Below, piece by piece: positions 26,575-41,754 of a stretch of DNA of 64,000 nucleotides. The DNA lies in the NCBI GenBank assembly GCA_051362555.1, contig CM120646.1, positions 8,804,001 through 8,868,000 of the forward strand. Direction: 5' to 3'. Source of the stretch: Lingula anatina (taxonomy: Eukaryota; Animalia; Brachiopoda). Under the pieces are notes generated by a model. It did no database searches. It was not told where the DNA came from and saw nothing but the letters and a program-made list of their open reading frames with translations. Position 1 is the stretch's first letter. Each line of letters starts with the position of its first letter. Position numbers and translations under genes: made by a program.

Positions 26575-26665
26575 GAGTGATGACGTGCTGACATTTGTAA
26601 GATCTTATTCTTTTATTTGGCACTGCGATTTAGAATCACGGAAGCTCGTTTACCGGAAGTGGAAC
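26575..26665 (-). promoter_or_regulatory. Probable ANKMY2 proximal promoter motifs
   Basis: CRE-like TGACGT at 26581 and ETS-type CCGGAAGT at 26653-26660, 130-210 nt upstream of the ATG. Confidence 0.45.
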
Positions 26666-27074
26666 CTTTGTCACCCCCCCCCCCCCCCCCCCACGCACAC
26701 ACACATACACAATTCGTTTGCACAAGATACACAAGATCTATCTTCATTACTTGCGAAAAATCGCAAGTTTATTTGGTCTGCTCGTACAAGTTGAATCGGT
26801 CCAATCACTACGGTAGATTGTCGCTAAATTGCAATCAGTGGAATCAGCTTAAAATTAATCGTCTGACATCAACTAAGAGCTAGCCCATGTCCACCTAGCA
26901 TCCCTGAACACGGAAGGTAAAAACATACGCACCTACAGCAGCTTCAAGAAAGATTTTAAAAGAGAAATATACATACAATTAATCCATACACCCAAAGCTA
27001 CATACCTATGAAAATTCAAAATAAATGCACACAATCTGGCAATAGAAAAGGAGAGACACATGAACCCTAAAATA

Positions 27075-28423
27075 CCGGTGTAACATGAAAATCTGACTCC
27101 CATGAAAATCTGACTCCCCCAGTCAGATTTTCATTATGAAAATCTGACTCCCCCCCCCCCCCATGAAAATTTGACTCCCCCTCCACAAAACTTCATAAAA
27201 CTTCTTTCATTTGAGTAGGCCCTATATGACTGTGATCTTGTAGTATGTAAAATGGAGGATACATTGGCACTTTTTTAGTTTGCAGGTGAAAATTTTCATG
27301 AAAAAGTAGGAAAATTAAAAATGTGCACTTAACCGCCCATTGTCTCCCTTATGAAAAAGCTAATTATTTGATATTGGATGATCATTTCTACATCTTTCTC
27401 TTAAATTTACTTTATGAGGATTATATTGGAAATATTTGAAAGTTTGATAGTAAAATAGTGGGTGAAAAGCAACAACAACAAAAAAAAAAAAAAAAAAAAA
27501 AACATAAAAATGAGAAAATTAAAAATGTGCATTTTATCACCCAATAACTCCCCTATGAAAAAGCTATCTATTTAATATTTGATGATCATTTCAAAACTTT
27601 TCCTTAAATTTTACTTTATGAAGATTATATTGCAAATATTTGAAAGACTAAAGGGAGTCAAAATCCTACTGGTACAAGAATGCAAATTTATTTTCCATTT
27701 AAAATTATTAATCCCCATTTTTCATTCACCTCTGGGAAAAAATGGGAAAAACAACAGCAAATATAAAATAGGGCCTTTTTCTAATGGGAGTCCACAGGAG
27801 TCCAAATCCCATGCAATATGAAAATGAAGATTTTCATTTTTTTTTTTTTTCATTTATTTTCACTCAGTATTTTACCATTCAAACTTTCAAATATTTCCAA
27901 TATATTTTTCATAAAGTATCCTAAAAGAAAAGATGTCAGAATGATCATCAAATATCAAATAAATAGCTTTTTCATAGGGGAGTCATTGGGTGTTAGAATA
28001 CAAATCCTTAATTTTTCTCATGTGTTTTTTTTTTCACCAAATTTTTTTACCATCAAACTTTCAAGTACTTCAATATAAACTTCATAAAGTATCCTAAAAG
28101 GAAAGATGTTGAAATGGTCATCAAATGTCCAATAAATAGCTTTTTCATAGGGGAGTCCTTGGGTGGTAAAATACAAATCTTTAATTTTTTTTATTTTTTC
28201 ATGAAAATTTTCACCTGCAAACTTGCAAAAAGGGCCAATGTGTCCTCCATCATGCCTACTACAAGATCATTTGATTTACTCAAATTAAATGAGATTTATG
28301 AATGTTTGTTTTTTTTTTTGGGGGGGGGGAGTCAAAATTTCATTTGGGGGAGTCACATTTTCATTATGAAAATCTGACTGGGGAGTCACATTTTAGGGGA
28401 GTCAGATTTTCATGGTACACCTG
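27075..28423. mobile_element. Long-TIR MITE or foldback element
   Basis: ggtgtaacatgaaaatctgactccc / gggagtcagattttcatggtacacc ends; the internal halves are inverted copies of each other. Confidence 0.85.
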
Positions 28424-28725
28424 TAGAGAAAAGGTTATGCACGGTGTGCAACATGTGCTCAGTTGAAGATGAATTCCATTTTCTGATGATATGCCCCTGT
28501 TACGCTCCACTGAGAGCCTTATATTTTAACCAGGTTAGAGATATACTGGGCAGTGCAGCCCCTGAGTCCATTAGTGAACTATTTCTTACCATCCTGCAAT
28601 GTAATGATTTTGATATCGCAAAATGCACAACTGACTTTGTTGATGATTATTTTAAAGCTAGGGATATGCTGATAAAAAAACTAGATGAACTGACGATGCA
28701 GTTCTCATATCCCCCTAATCAATAG
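28421..28725 (+). pseudogene. 3' fragment of a non-LTR retrotransposon ORF2 (C-terminal zinc-knuckle region); upstream part probably at about 26930-27074
   Basis: EKRLCTVCNMCSVEDEFHFLMICPCYAPLR matches the LINE C-terminal RLC..C....EDE.HF...C..Y...R motif. Confidence 0.75.
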
Positions 28726-31368
28726 TAAGTTTAATATAAGGTTTAGTAGTGTAGCCTATTCTAGTCCTTCTGACATCTGACAATTAAGATCAAGCGCCCT
28801 GATAAGACTGCATACAAATAGAAAAGGGTATGTAAACAGGCCCTTAAAAATCCCCCACCGGGCGAGGGGCACACAGTTATGTGGATATTTTCACTGAACA
28901 GAGCTGAGAATAACCGTCGATTTTACCAGAAACATATTTGTGAATATCGATCTAGTAAAAAATCAATCTGTGGCCCTGGTAGAGGGTAGCACTTCCCTGG
29001 CATTTCCCACAAAGGGGTTTCTCCATGGCCCGAACGCCAATATCTTACATATATATTCGAGAGTTTTGTTTTAATCGGCAAAATGGTAGATGCATTGTTT
29101 AATAGTCATACCGGAATAACGAAAAACCTCAATTTCGGTATTAATTTTGATGATAATTAACCCTGACAGTACGGAGTTCTTTAGATTTCTCTTATCCAAC
29201 ACAGTTACACACGAGATCATCAGGTTAAGCCAGTCCCAGGTACGAGCGTTAAGTAACTTTGCTCTCCAGAGAACATAGTTTATGTGTGAGGCAAATAAAG
29301 TGAAAATATATTCCTAGTAGGGCCTAACTACGTTTTAACGTTGTTTTCGAGAAGGGAACAAAAATATATTCACGTATAATGTGAAGTTAAAGTAACCTTT
29401 AGCCCGTGTTCTTGTATAATGAAATATTTAAAATAATTTGATAAATTAATAGATAGATCCATCAAATAGACTGGCGGCGCATAGGAATCGCTACGACCCC
29501 CCCCCCAAAAAAAGATCGTTCGCTCTAAACCGTTGCAAAATAATAATAATAATAATAATAATAAAACAAATAAATAAAATAAATAATGAAATAAAAAAGG
29601 AGCAGAAAATATCTGTTCAACTGTTCATCCCCCCTCTCTCTCGCGTTCATTTTTACTGCAGAAAAGAATTGGCCAGCCTATTTTTCCGCTCTTTTGTGGG
29701 TGCTTGGGTTTTGTTTGTGCGGCTGTGGTGAATTTTTGTCCTGTGTAAGCGGCCACAATTTTAGAGATTTCATCTCAGTTATAGATAGAAGATAGACCCA
29801 GAATGACTACTTCGATTTTCGTAAGGATCGTGTTTACGGTTTTTTGATAAAAATTTCTGAAGTTTTGATAGGCCTATATTTTAATAGATTGCCACAAATG
29901 CAAAACGCCCAGCTGTGGTAAACGTTTTACTCACTTTGAAAATTCAATCATCACTGGTTTTGTTTTTTATGTATCTCCTATGAGTATAACGTTGTAAAAA
30001 ATTATGATAATCTTCTGCATAGAGCAGTTAATTGTTTTTTGGCGACTTTAGTTTGCTTGTCACTGAATATTAAAAAGGGGGGGGGGATACATTGACAGTA
30101 AAATAAGCATCAAACAAACTATTTTCCATCCATGGTACAAATATTGTATCAGAAATGTCAAACTATTATGGAATCACAAAATATATATTATTTTAGTCAG
30201 CAACAGAAATCCCGTATTATTTGAAGTGGGGGTTGTGTCCGAAACGACAGGCCTTGGATGCGAAGCCGAAAATCACCCCCTTGGTGTGGGGTTCGGGGCC
30301 TGCTCAACGGCCCCGAAAAATGTTGGGGTTTTGGGAGAGTAAACAGTGCTCTTTGGTAAGGTTTAAAACTATGATTTAGCTAGTCAAAATTCGAATTTCA
30401 AGACTCGTCGAATATTGATGTGATATATTTTCAGAAGTTGAAGGGGGGGGGGGGGGGGCTGACCCCCCCCCCCCCCCCCCCCCTCTAAATCCGCCACTGA
30501 AAAACCGCGTTTTCAAGTACTTAGGTAAGATGAAACTTTCTGAGAATTTTTCCGGAGAACATACGTTAGATAGCATATTAGCCATTAGGCAATGCCTTTG
30601 TGTTACAGTTTAATTTTTTATAAAAAAACATTCTTACGTCATATACATTTTACCATGACTGAATCACTACAAAATATATCGGAACGCGATATAAGAATTA
30701 AAATTAAATTACCTGGAACATAGGCTACGTTAACGGGAACATACGTTAGCATTTAGGCTTCTTACAAAATGTCAAGACATGGTAAAAATTAAAAATTAAA
30801 TTAAAATTGAAACAGTCGTGGATTTTTGTTCAATACAGGTATATGCTTTAAAAATTGAATACACTTTGAATTCATTCAATTTTATGCTTCTGCACGTGAA
30901 ATGCACCTCTATATTGGGTTTGGGTGTTACGTATATGATAACTTCACTTAGTCTGATACCTTCACACCCTTATCATGATGCACTTTTGCAAGATTCTCCT
31001 CCACCATATCACTGGATGTTTGATTTTCAATATCCTTAATTTGTGTGGTGACTTTGAATAAGGCTTGAATGTCTCCACTTATCAAATAAATTAGTTTGGA
31101 AATATATTTACATATTCAACGATGTATTTTTATTTTATGCCCTCCAAAGGTTATGAAGATCGAAGCCATCGCTGGGGTGAAAATTTGCATTGGTCAAAGA
31201 GCTTAAAGGTTTAATGAAAAAGATAAAAAAAATTATTAAGTAAATTTGCAAACCAATTTAGCCTATCTGAATAGCAGAGACAATGATCATATTCATTACG
31301 TAGGGGCCTATCGTACTTTATTTTGATTAACATTGAAAATGAGATGTTTATAGAGTGGTGTGTGTGTG

Positions 31369-31399
<31 letters not shown>

Positions 31400-33495
31400 T
31401 GGGGGGGGGGGGGTGCAAAGTACATGTACATGTACCTTAATAAAGAAAACTATCAGGCTATTAATATAGATTTTAAAATCTCTTCAAACAACGAAACCAT
31501 TGTTCTACGCATATCGATCCAACTCCGCGGGGACTCTCGCTGAGTGCAGTCAAATTAACAGATCTGACTGAAAAATATGCCTCCTCTTCAGCCTCTTGTT
31601 TCCAACTACGTACTGCTATTGGTATAACCCAGGGGCGGATCCAGGATTATTTGAAGTTGAGTTTAGATTATTGTTGTTGTTGTTTACGTTGTTTGTTGTC
31701 CGTCGGCGCAACTATGTGAGTGCGTGAGACGTCATATATATGTTTCTACAATGCACATTACACTTTGTTACGTTGTCATAGCGAATTTGATATCCATCGA
31801 TACATGTGTTACATATGTTTTTAATAACTGGTAGCGCCGCCTTCTGGTGGGCCAAGACCTAATTTTTTACTGAACATTACATTTCAATAAAATAGAAACG
31901 GGACAAAAGACGAAAGTTGTCTTCAAAGGATTTGTAAAAATTATTCACATGATACATACGTTACCGATACATACGTTACCAAATTGCATGCAGATTGTTG
32001 TTGTTATTGTTGTTGTTGTTAACGTTGTTTGTTGTCCGTCGGCACAACTATATAATACTAATTTTATTTATGCATGCTATTTTTGAAAGAATTTAATATC
32101 AATGTTCACAAAAATGAAAAATAGTAAAGTTTTGTTGAGCAACTTGTATTCATTTGTGAAAATGAATTCAACATAATTAATTTCTCAGGTGTACTGCTAA
32201 TATGAGGACAATTGAAGACAACTTCCCACTTTTGCCCCATTTCTATTTTATTGTAACGTAAATTAGGTGTTGGCTCACCAGAAGTTGGAGGCAGCTTAGA
32301 CCTTAGACCTTAGGTCCTCCTGTCCAAAGTAGGACATTGGGCGGCAAACTTTTTCCAACTTGTCCGGTCGGCAGCGGCCCTCTCTATCTCCTCCCACCTG
32401 TGAATTATTTGATGTCTCCGACATATTCCTCCCTTTCCCAAACAAAGAAAAATGAAATATTTATATCCTTAGTGTATGGTAGTATATATCTAAGTTATTA
32501 TACTGCATTATATAAAACGAGAATTTTAATTAAACCCTGCAAGCATTACCATAGAAAGCATATTTACCAGACTACTTAAATATAATAATAATAATGTACG
32601 CTACACATTATGCACGTTGCTATCAGCACCAGGAAGAATATAGTTATTGAAACAACACCATAGAACTTATACATGCATTAAAATGTTAGCAACAGTAATA
32701 ATAAGAAAATTAATCTGAGCAAGCAACACCTTGAATAAGCAAATGTAAAACGGTGCTGAGAGCCGGCTGCGCAAGCTTGTCCCTATTTTTTTTTTCATTA
32801 TAGGGGGAGGCACGTAGGTTTATCCAATTGCTCAGACAGCAAAAAAAAAAGAAAAAAAAATCGAGTTGTCTCTCGACCATTTGCTTTAGCATTTCTTTCT
32901 TTTTAATATATGAGTCATTTGTTCGCCAGTACGTCTCCGGAACCGTGCAAAATTTAGCTATGAATCAAATTTAGAAATAGGCTCGAAATACGGACACCGT
33001 TGAATACTTTTAGTATGGATAACGCGTTAATATTACCTTCCAAGTTCGTGGTCAAAATAGTTACGTGTAAATCGCTATGAGGAAATCCAACGATGACAAC
33101 AACAGGTCCGTAGCCGGGGTGGGGTTCCAAAGAACCGCCTCTTTTGCTGGAAAAAGGTCCACTTTGGGTAAAATTTGATCTAGGTACATGGATTTTTTAT
33201 GGAAAAAGGTCCACTTTTTCAGAAAAAGAACCCCCCTTTTGAAATTGCTGGCAACGGGCCTGCATCAATAACCATGGCAGTTTCAATCATTTAATTAATG
33301 TTCACTCATCGCTTGCTCAGTTACATTCTGACGATATGTTGAAAATTATACCCTTTAGTATCTAACCAAGACAATGGCTTAATGAACTTCCTAATCAATG
33401 TCTTCTCAATCATTATAGTCAACAAGCCTACTCTGCTTCTATAGACTTTACATAACGTATTATAAGGAGGTACAGACTACAGCAAAAAGTTATTA

Positions 33496-34532
33496 GGGGT
33501 AGACCGGGGCTAAACGCCCAGTCGGGGTCAAACGCCCACCCGCTTTTTTTCAGGTATTACGTATAAATACGCGTCTCGTGATGTTTTGTCCACTTCCGAT
33601 TTCCAGCAGACTTATCCTCCATGACGGAGATGACCACAAACAAAAAAATAAGCATTTTATGATAATTTGTTCATTTTTGCCTTGTTTACTGTTATTTAGC
33701 CTTTTCCTTAACATCAGTGACACCACCTACCAAATGCACGCATTCAAAAAACTTTGTTGGTGACAGATAGGATGGTATCAAACCTCCATACAAGTTTCGA
33801 TGAAGTCAGATTGTATAAAACTTTTCCCGCCGAATTTTGACAAAATATACAAAATCTCACTTTGGGGCAAAACGCCCATGCTGATATGGGGCAAAACGCC
33901 TATAGTGGGCGTTTTGCCCCGATCACTGGGCGTTTTGCCCCCTTTCGTTTTTAAATAAAAAATAATTCTAAAAAGATGCGGAAGTGTTCTTTCATGCATG
34001 TTTTTTTATTGTATATCATCAGTTATAACACTTATATGGGGAAAAGCCAAAGCAAGTGGCTGTACTAGGAACTTAATTTTGGAAGTATCACAGTGCCCTG
34101 TCGTAAAGAGTAGAATTACAGCTCATTCTGAATAAATTTGATGGGTATTTTTATTATCTCAGTACCCCAAAATATTATATGTTGCTTTTAAAGGCTTACT
34201 AAGTTGTCTTGTAGAAATATAATTTGATTTTATTTTGCTTTGTACAAAGGCAGGGCATAACGCCTATAGTTTGGGGCAAGACGCCCACGGTGGGCGTTTA
34301 GCCCCGTGGTGCGAGGCGTAATGCCCCAGCCATGGGGCAAAAAGGCCGATTTTATAATTTACCTATTTTTTACCTATAAGGTTTTTCTTTTGTTTGTTTC
34401 CAAAAGTGTTAGTATCAGTTTGTAGTCTAGTCAGCCCTTCATAGTTAACACCCACTTTGAACGGTCTATACCTTCAGCAGGGAAAATTGTGATGTTTCTT
34501 GCTTAAGGGGGGCGTTTAGCCCCGGTCTACCC
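33496..34532. mobile_element. MITE with TA flanks (Tc1/mariner-pogo-like)
   Basis: TIR GGGTAGACCGGGGCTAAACGCCC; TA on both sides; internal GGGGCAAAACGCCC repeats. Confidence 0.8.
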
Positions 34533-34597
34533 TACATCAAGTTACCGAAATTGCCAGCGAATTATTTGATGTCTCCGACAATGATCAATACGTTACC

Positions 34598-34881
34598 AGA
34601 GGCTGATCCAGGATTATTTGTAGGGGGAGGGGGGGGGGGGGGGGGGTCCGGAACGACAGGCCTCTGATGCAAAGCTGACCATATATAGCGCCCTTGGTGT
34701 GGGGTTTAGGGCCTGCTGAAGTACCCCGAAAATTTTTTGGTGTATTGGAGAAAAAACAGTGCCCTTTTGCACGGTTTAGTTGGTCAAAATTCTAATTTCA
34801 AGAGGGGAATATTGGTGCGATATATTTTTCAGAAACTGGGTGGGTCAGGACCTTCCTGAGCTCCCTCTAAATCCGCCACTG
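34598..34881. mobile_element. ~290-bp MITE family; other copies at about 30215-30498 and 61961-62253, fragment at 31629
   Basis: Ends CAG(G/T)GGCGGAT...ATCCGCC(A/C)CTG with a shared internal sequence. Confidence 0.75.
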
Positions 34882-35334
34882 TAACCTCCGGCTTTTCTAA
34901 AGGTATCTCTTCCAAACAGGGTGCGCAATTTGCATGTACTTTCGATGGCGAGGCAGATGGATGTAGGTACATGCCTCTTTTTCACAAAGCTACACGTTTA
35001 TTATGACGGTTCCCAAAGCGAGACTAATTTGAGTAGTTAAACCGGATATCAATCCATTTGGCAAAAGCGCATGTCAGATCTCGTCTATAAACATGTGAGA
35101 GAGTGCTCAAGCATCAGAATCCGACCTGTTCTAGTAAAAAATCGTAAGTACTGAGCCTAATTGAGGTTTTTGATATCTTAAATAATATGATATAGATAGA
35201 CGTATAATCCACAAATAAGTCACTGAGGCGATGTGTTGATCAGATTCAGTTGTTGAGGCACCGGCTAATTTCATTGTTGCACTTCGCCGCTTATACCGGT
35301 GTGGCATTATAGACCCGTTCCGTGACAAAATCGT

Positions 35335-35400
35335 TCTGCACATGCGCATAAAGGGTAGATTGCAAGAAGGAACTTCCGGTATGACGATGTCGTCCTAAGT
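35335..35400 (+). promoter_or_regulatory. Candidate promoter and short non-coding first exon of the plus-strand transcription unit
   Basis: NRF1-like TGCACATGCGCA (35337-35348), ETS ACTTCCGG (35372-35379) and possible donor AA|GTAGG at 35399; plus-oriented HINE elements start just downstream. Confidence 0.45.
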
Positions 35401-36405
35401 AGGCCCTATGTTTGCACTGAAGTATGATCTTTCAATTCATAGTTCAGTGGTTTTCGTCATGAGAGAGCATGTATTTGATAATCTTATAACTATATGAATG
35501 TTTGAAATGAGCTTTTGGTCGTGACTGAATTGGTATGATTGAGGTGTTTTCACTCCGCAATGTTCTTTCAATTCAGAGTTAAGTAATTTTCGTTAAAAAG
35601 AAATTGTGTGTTTGATAATAGTATAACTTTCCCTACGGGAAAATGTTGGAAATGCATGTGCAGCTACGTACTGTAAGCCAACAGACTGCTACCCCTGCGT
35701 GAATAATCCGTCAGAACGGTTTATTCATGACGGTGGTTTCTTCATGTGACACTGGTGTACTGTAACATTCTGTGATTGGTATGATTGAGGTGTCTCGCCG
35801 CTGATTGTGGTAGACATAGCATTGTTGTGGCACTGCCTGTTGGGGGAAGGGGGAGGATGGATTGGTTGCAGAAAGTGCTTTTCGGTCAACAAGTGACCTT
35901 CATCAGCTGCAAGTCCGAAAGAAAAAAATACTAGTAAGAAAAAACAGGGGAAGAAGGGGGTCGGTTAGCAAAGGTATCTCGCCTTTGCATAGTGAATTTT
36001 CATCAATGGTATCTCGCCATTAAGAAAGATATGAGCAATCTCGGCTCAACAGTATCATGCTTGATCACAAATGTTTTGCCTGTGTCAAGAGGGATAGGTT
36101 TCAGGAATCACCATTCAGTTTAAGCTGCTGTATCCTGTTCAGGAGTTATCCTCCAAAACAAAAGGGATACGAGCTGGACAGTATGCATTGAGCGTGTTAA
36201 CGGCTCAAGAGACGGAAGTCATCTGTGGATTTGAAAAATGTGTCGTATACGAGAACTTGGCCTGTTTAGACGTGGTTGGTTTGGTTAGATTTTGTGCAAG
36301 GTTCTTAACCTTGGATCAGATTCAGTTGTGTCCTAGTGCTGTGCATATGCATATTAAAATTGAGCTATTGTATAAATGGGGACACCTTTTATTTTAGTAA
36401 GGCCT

Positions 36406-39400
36406 TTTTATGTACAGACACAGATGTGTCTGTACATATAGCTATCACCTGCGTCTGTCGTCGCCGCCGTCGCTGTGCACTTTCATCGATAAAAACAATT
36501 TTACCTTTTGGCTTGAAACTTACAAAACTGATGAATATTCATAACATGCAGGTCAAGTTTGAAAATCTGCATGATCGGGCCAATTTTATGGAAGTTATGT
36601 GTTCTTTTTCCACTTTTTTCAGCATATATGCAACACCAATAACATAATAAGTGAAAAACCCTTTTACCTTTTGGCTTAAAACTTACAGACCTGATGAATA
36701 TTCATAATAAGCATGTCAATTTCGAAAATCAGCATGATCGGGCTATTTTTATAGAAGTTATGCTGTTTTTACACTTTTTTTCAGCATATATATGCAACAC
36801 TGATAACACGATAAGTGAAAAAAATGAAAATTTAAGGAATTTAAACCAATATTTATTCCATTTTAAATGCATTTTTTACAATATTGATGCAAACAAGATT
36901 TAAAATCTAATGAATCTTTCCTTATTTTGAAATTGCTCAGCTTCTTGTAGTATATACATGTAACACATACATCATCCGAAAGCTGTAAAAAATAAATGAT
37001 CCAAGTGTTCAAAATTGATGATTCTAAAATGGTTTGGACCCCATCCTCTTCCGTTTGTATTAAATGTGTGGGTCCACATTTATGTCATTTCTGTTGGAGC
37101 TGAACTAATACATTTGAATGGCTTAACACTTTGTCTGCAGGTAGGTCAACTGAAACTGAAAAGCAAAAAAAAAAAAAAAAAAAAAAGGAGGTCATTGAAA
37201 GCCAGTGCCAGTGGGACAGTATTAAACATTAACAAATATGTCAAATAAATAGGGGGCAATATTCATTTTTAATGTAATGCAAAGTTCAAAAGAGTTCAGA
37301 TTTCCATTTGCAAGGCTTCGTTGGTGGATACGTTACGCCCCCTCCATTTTTTATTTAAGATCTGCATCGATCTCATGTATGCTATTTTGGCCCCACCCCA
37401 AATAGTTGGAAATCCACAAATAGGCGGAAAAACCTTATCCCTGTTTAAGATAAAAATACTTACTTCTTAAAAGTGACATAATTTTGGACAATAAAAACTT
37501 CTGATTTAAAGCAATAATAATTCTTCCTTTGAGATTCAAAATTCCGCAAGAAATACATTGTAAACAACGCATGGAAATATATTCTATAGCATTTTACCAC
37601 TAAAACGGCCGTTATTGTAGTAAAACTAAAATCTGTGCTTGTCAATAGGGCTTTCGATGCCTTTCTTCCCGGTCGTTAAGGCATCTGTTGCCAATGACGT
37701 TTGGGTGTCACGCGGATTCTCGCATTCATTCGAGGCCAAAATGACATACGCAGACGTAAGTTGCAAGTTTCTGTACAGTGCGTCGGATAACGAATAGTCC
37801 AGAATTGCACACATTGTAGATATAAATGCTTTTTGAGCAATAAGACGAATATATCTTATGAATCTTATATTATTGTTATATAGTGTTACTGTTGTCTGCT
37901 TTTCCCGCGGTTTTAAGTAGGTCACCAGAAACTATATCACTCGATATCCTGTGACTATGCAATGACAGAGAGGGCTCTGTCAGTTAAAATCTCTTAAGAG
38001 ATTTTAACAAAAAACCATATGTTTAGGAAAAAACCCTGGACTGACTTTGAATGCAGGAATGGGGTCGTTGACCATTGGTTAGTACGGGAAAATTGCCGTT
38101 TACTCCAGGAAAATACAATTTTTGGCCAAAATGAAGAGTTATTATGACTTTAAATGTTTAGCCTAAAATTCAGTTTAGTCTGAACCCCAAGTCAAGACAG
38201 CAAATGCAACTTATATGAGTCTTGGCTGGCACCAGTTTATTGATTTTTCAGTTAAATCTACTCTCAGTTACTTGATTGACAGGTAGTTTGTCTAGACAAC
38301 AGACTAGTTTCAACCAGTTAAAACTACAAAGATACTGGCCCCTTCTAGTATTGATTTTTCAGTTGTGGGACTGGAATCGCTTGTTACGATTTATAATAGT
38401 TATGGAAAGAGGGAAAGTTCGAGATATAAAGCAATGTGCTTTTAAATATGTAATACACTGACTGAAACTTTAATTACTTTTCACAAGATTGCACGGTACA
38501 TATCATCTTTTTCACGTGTCATTTCTGGGAGTTTGTGCTTTGAGAAGGTCCTCACTGGTTTCTTCAATTAAACCTTTGACCTGTCCCACCCCTACACAAC
38601 AAAGTTACTCATTTCCTTCTGTACTTTAACCAAAGACCAATTTCTCTGAGCGATATCTCCTTCATATTGGAAAGTTTTTCTTTAGATCCCACACCCGCCA
38701 TAATTATTCATAGCACACGCTGAACACACTTTAAGAAACTAATCGATCACACACGCAAGGCTATTGGGTAAAATCGGCAACACTTCATGGGTCAATTTCT
38801 TTATATGGTAAATTGACCTTGCTATATTTAGATTGTATTCTAAACATAATCAGGTGCATGTTAATGCCGTTTTCACAGTTGTGAAGAACAGAAATGGGAA
38901 GTTTGCGTACCTGGCTTGACCAGATATGCTTACGCCAAATTGGCGAAATTACTATGCTCATTTTAAATTTTTCCGCCAAAGTCAATTAATTTTCGTATTT
39001 GGCGAAATTGGCAAGCACTAGCGCGACCCCAGTATATATATATATATATACAACACTGATAACACGATTTGTGAAAAAAAACGTTTTATCTTTTGTCTTG
39101 AAACTTACAGAATTGGTGAATATTCATAATACACAAGTCACTTTTTTCAGCATATGTGCAACACTGATAACACATTTCAAGGAAAAACAGTTGGCCAATT
39201 GTCTTGAAATTCACAGGAGTTATCAGTCTTACTGAAATACAGATTAAGTTTGAAAATAAGCGTGATCGATTAAGTTTTGGTGAAGTTCTGTCTTTTTTTG
39301 TAAATAAGTGTTTTTTCCTGGGATTTAATTCTTAGGCATGTTAACAGTCTCATTTTTTAACTAATTAGATATGTAAAGGTGTTCTTTTGACATTTTCTGC

Positions 39401-41220
39401 ATCTTAACAATATTGTTAGTTTATTATATACATAAATGATGGTAAACCTGTTATTGTGTATTGTGTAATAAAGTGTCAAAAATGGAAATAAACTCATATC
39501 TTTATAGTTTGTCAGATTCAGTCATTCACTATCAGTAAACTCGTTAGCGTATGAGAGTGCGTAATTACGCGTTGTTTTGCTGTTTTTACGCATTGGCTGG
39601 AGCCCCAGCGCGTACGAATACGCACACCTTTGGCTTTGAAGATCGGCGAAGTTGACCAGTCCGTTGACTGTTGACGGTCAGACTCATGTTGAAAATGTCA
39701 TAATTGATTCCCAAGTGTCTCATTTTTTTCTTAAGATATTTGAATTACCCGACTAAAACATGCTTCTTCTTTCACTGACCCGCAGAGGATGACGTAATCT
39801 TCTCTGATTGGTCATAATATGCAAGTTTTAGGTCAAAGCACGTGTGCCTCCCTTTAGTATAAACAAGGTATAAACAACGATGAAATGATCGTTTTTTTAT
39901 TCACATAATTGTTCAACATTTTAATTGAGCAACCATACGTTTAGGACCAATTTAAATCACTCGCCCAGACCAAATACTTTAGGCCAGTAACCCTTGTGAC
40001 TTTTGTAGTTTTAGTCGTCAGAATAAATTTTTAGTCGCATTTGACGAGCGGGCGACCGGGAATTTCCAGCTCTGCTGATTACCAGTGATGACAAAATGAC
40101 GAGAAAAAGGAAAAGCAAAGGAAAAAAACAACAGTCAATTAAAAGGTTTTGTCATGCAAGGTAGGCAAAGTTATTTACTATAGATTTCAGAGTCCGACAT
40201 ACCTACTTGCGATGGTTGCGTTTCGCAACTAGTTTTATCAGCCGGGCAACTAAAATTTAGCTGGTAGTTGCCCGGAAACGCAAGTGACTTTCGGCTGTTC
40301 ACTTGCCCGGAAAATTTGAAGTATAAAATTTATTATCACAGACAAAATAGATCGTTTATTATTGGCAGTCATTTGCCGGTTGGAAACAAAGTGGTTTGCA
40401 GCAACCGGCTAGCTCCAGATTTGGCCAGCTTAGAAAACAGTTGAACTTGAAGTGCTGCGCTAACAAACATAATTAAAAATTATCTTTCAACAAACTGTGA
40501 AATAATATTTCTAGTAATTATTTACAAATTGAAAGCAAAGGTTGTATTTTGGTTTTTGTATCTTGAGATCTTTTATTTTGAGATTGTTATTATTATATTT
40601 ATTTTGAGATTTTTGTTTTCAAGCCAAAAGAGGAATGTTTTCCTTTTGTTACATTTACTAGGTAGCACCAGTTACTTTTACTCTAGTCAAAGAAACACAG
40701 TATCTAGTCGTGACCTATGCGTGACCTGTCCATTTTGTTTTTGTTTTCTTTTTGTTAAATTGCAATAATAAAAGATTTTGGATAAAAGGATAGTGGGTTA
40801 TTGTTATGAAAGTGAACTGTGTGATTGCATGATTATTAATACACAAAATTACACCTTGATGAGCATTTTTTAATTTTACCCCTTCATTTTGAAAATTACC
40901 CCTTCTTTTTTTGGGCAAGGGGTACGGTACTCCCTTAGAAAAATACTACCGAGTGCACTGACTATGTTCAGAATCTCAGAATGGAGCAAATTGGACATTC
41001 AAAATTGTTCTATTGATATTTTTCCTATGCCAACAATTTTCTTAGTTGTTCATTTAAAAATAACAGTAAATTGATGATTTTGTGTTATGTAAATAAGGTG
41101 TTGAAAATGGAAATAAACCCATTTTAGTATAGTTATCTCATTTACATTTTGGCATTTTCAAGGTTTTACTCTGAACTTCCATGGACTTGAAGACTATTGC
41201 TAGTCACATTTGCTGAAAAG
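36406..41220 (+). mobile_element. Fragmented HINE family 1 material interrupted by other insertions
   Basis: 5' hairpin at about 36410-36439; body segments at 36440-36820, 39050-39532 and 40960-41220, all in plus orientation. Confidence 0.65.
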
Positions 41221-41754
41221 CACTCTGAGAGCAAGACCTCCGCCAAGGCAGCAATTTTTGATTATTATTGATTATTAGATTAGATTAGATTAGATTAGCA
41301 CTGATTTCCGATTCAGGTTCCTACTGGATCCTCTTTATCGGACTCTTCCTCCAAAGCTAACTTGTGACTTCCGATGATGTTGATTTCGGACCTATAATTG
41401 TCATATTTGAGTTCCTGGTCATCCCACCACTTGTCTAATCTGTTCTTAAAAGAGTTGAGGCTTTTTGCCCTGACAACTTGATCAGGTAGGCTATTCCATA
41501 TTTGTGTTGTACGCACAGTGAAGCTGTATTTTCTCAAGTCTAATTTAGCTCTTTGAGGAAATAGCTTAAAACAATTTCCTCTATTACCAGACCTATGTGA
41601 ATGACTGGACCATAATTTAATAAAATCTCTAGGTTGATTTGTCGTGTCTCCCAGTGACTAGTTTATACATCTCAATCATGTCCCCTCTCACCCTCCTATA
41701 GCTAAGTGTTGGTAACCCAAGTTTATGTAACCTTTCTGGGTAACTAAGGTTATT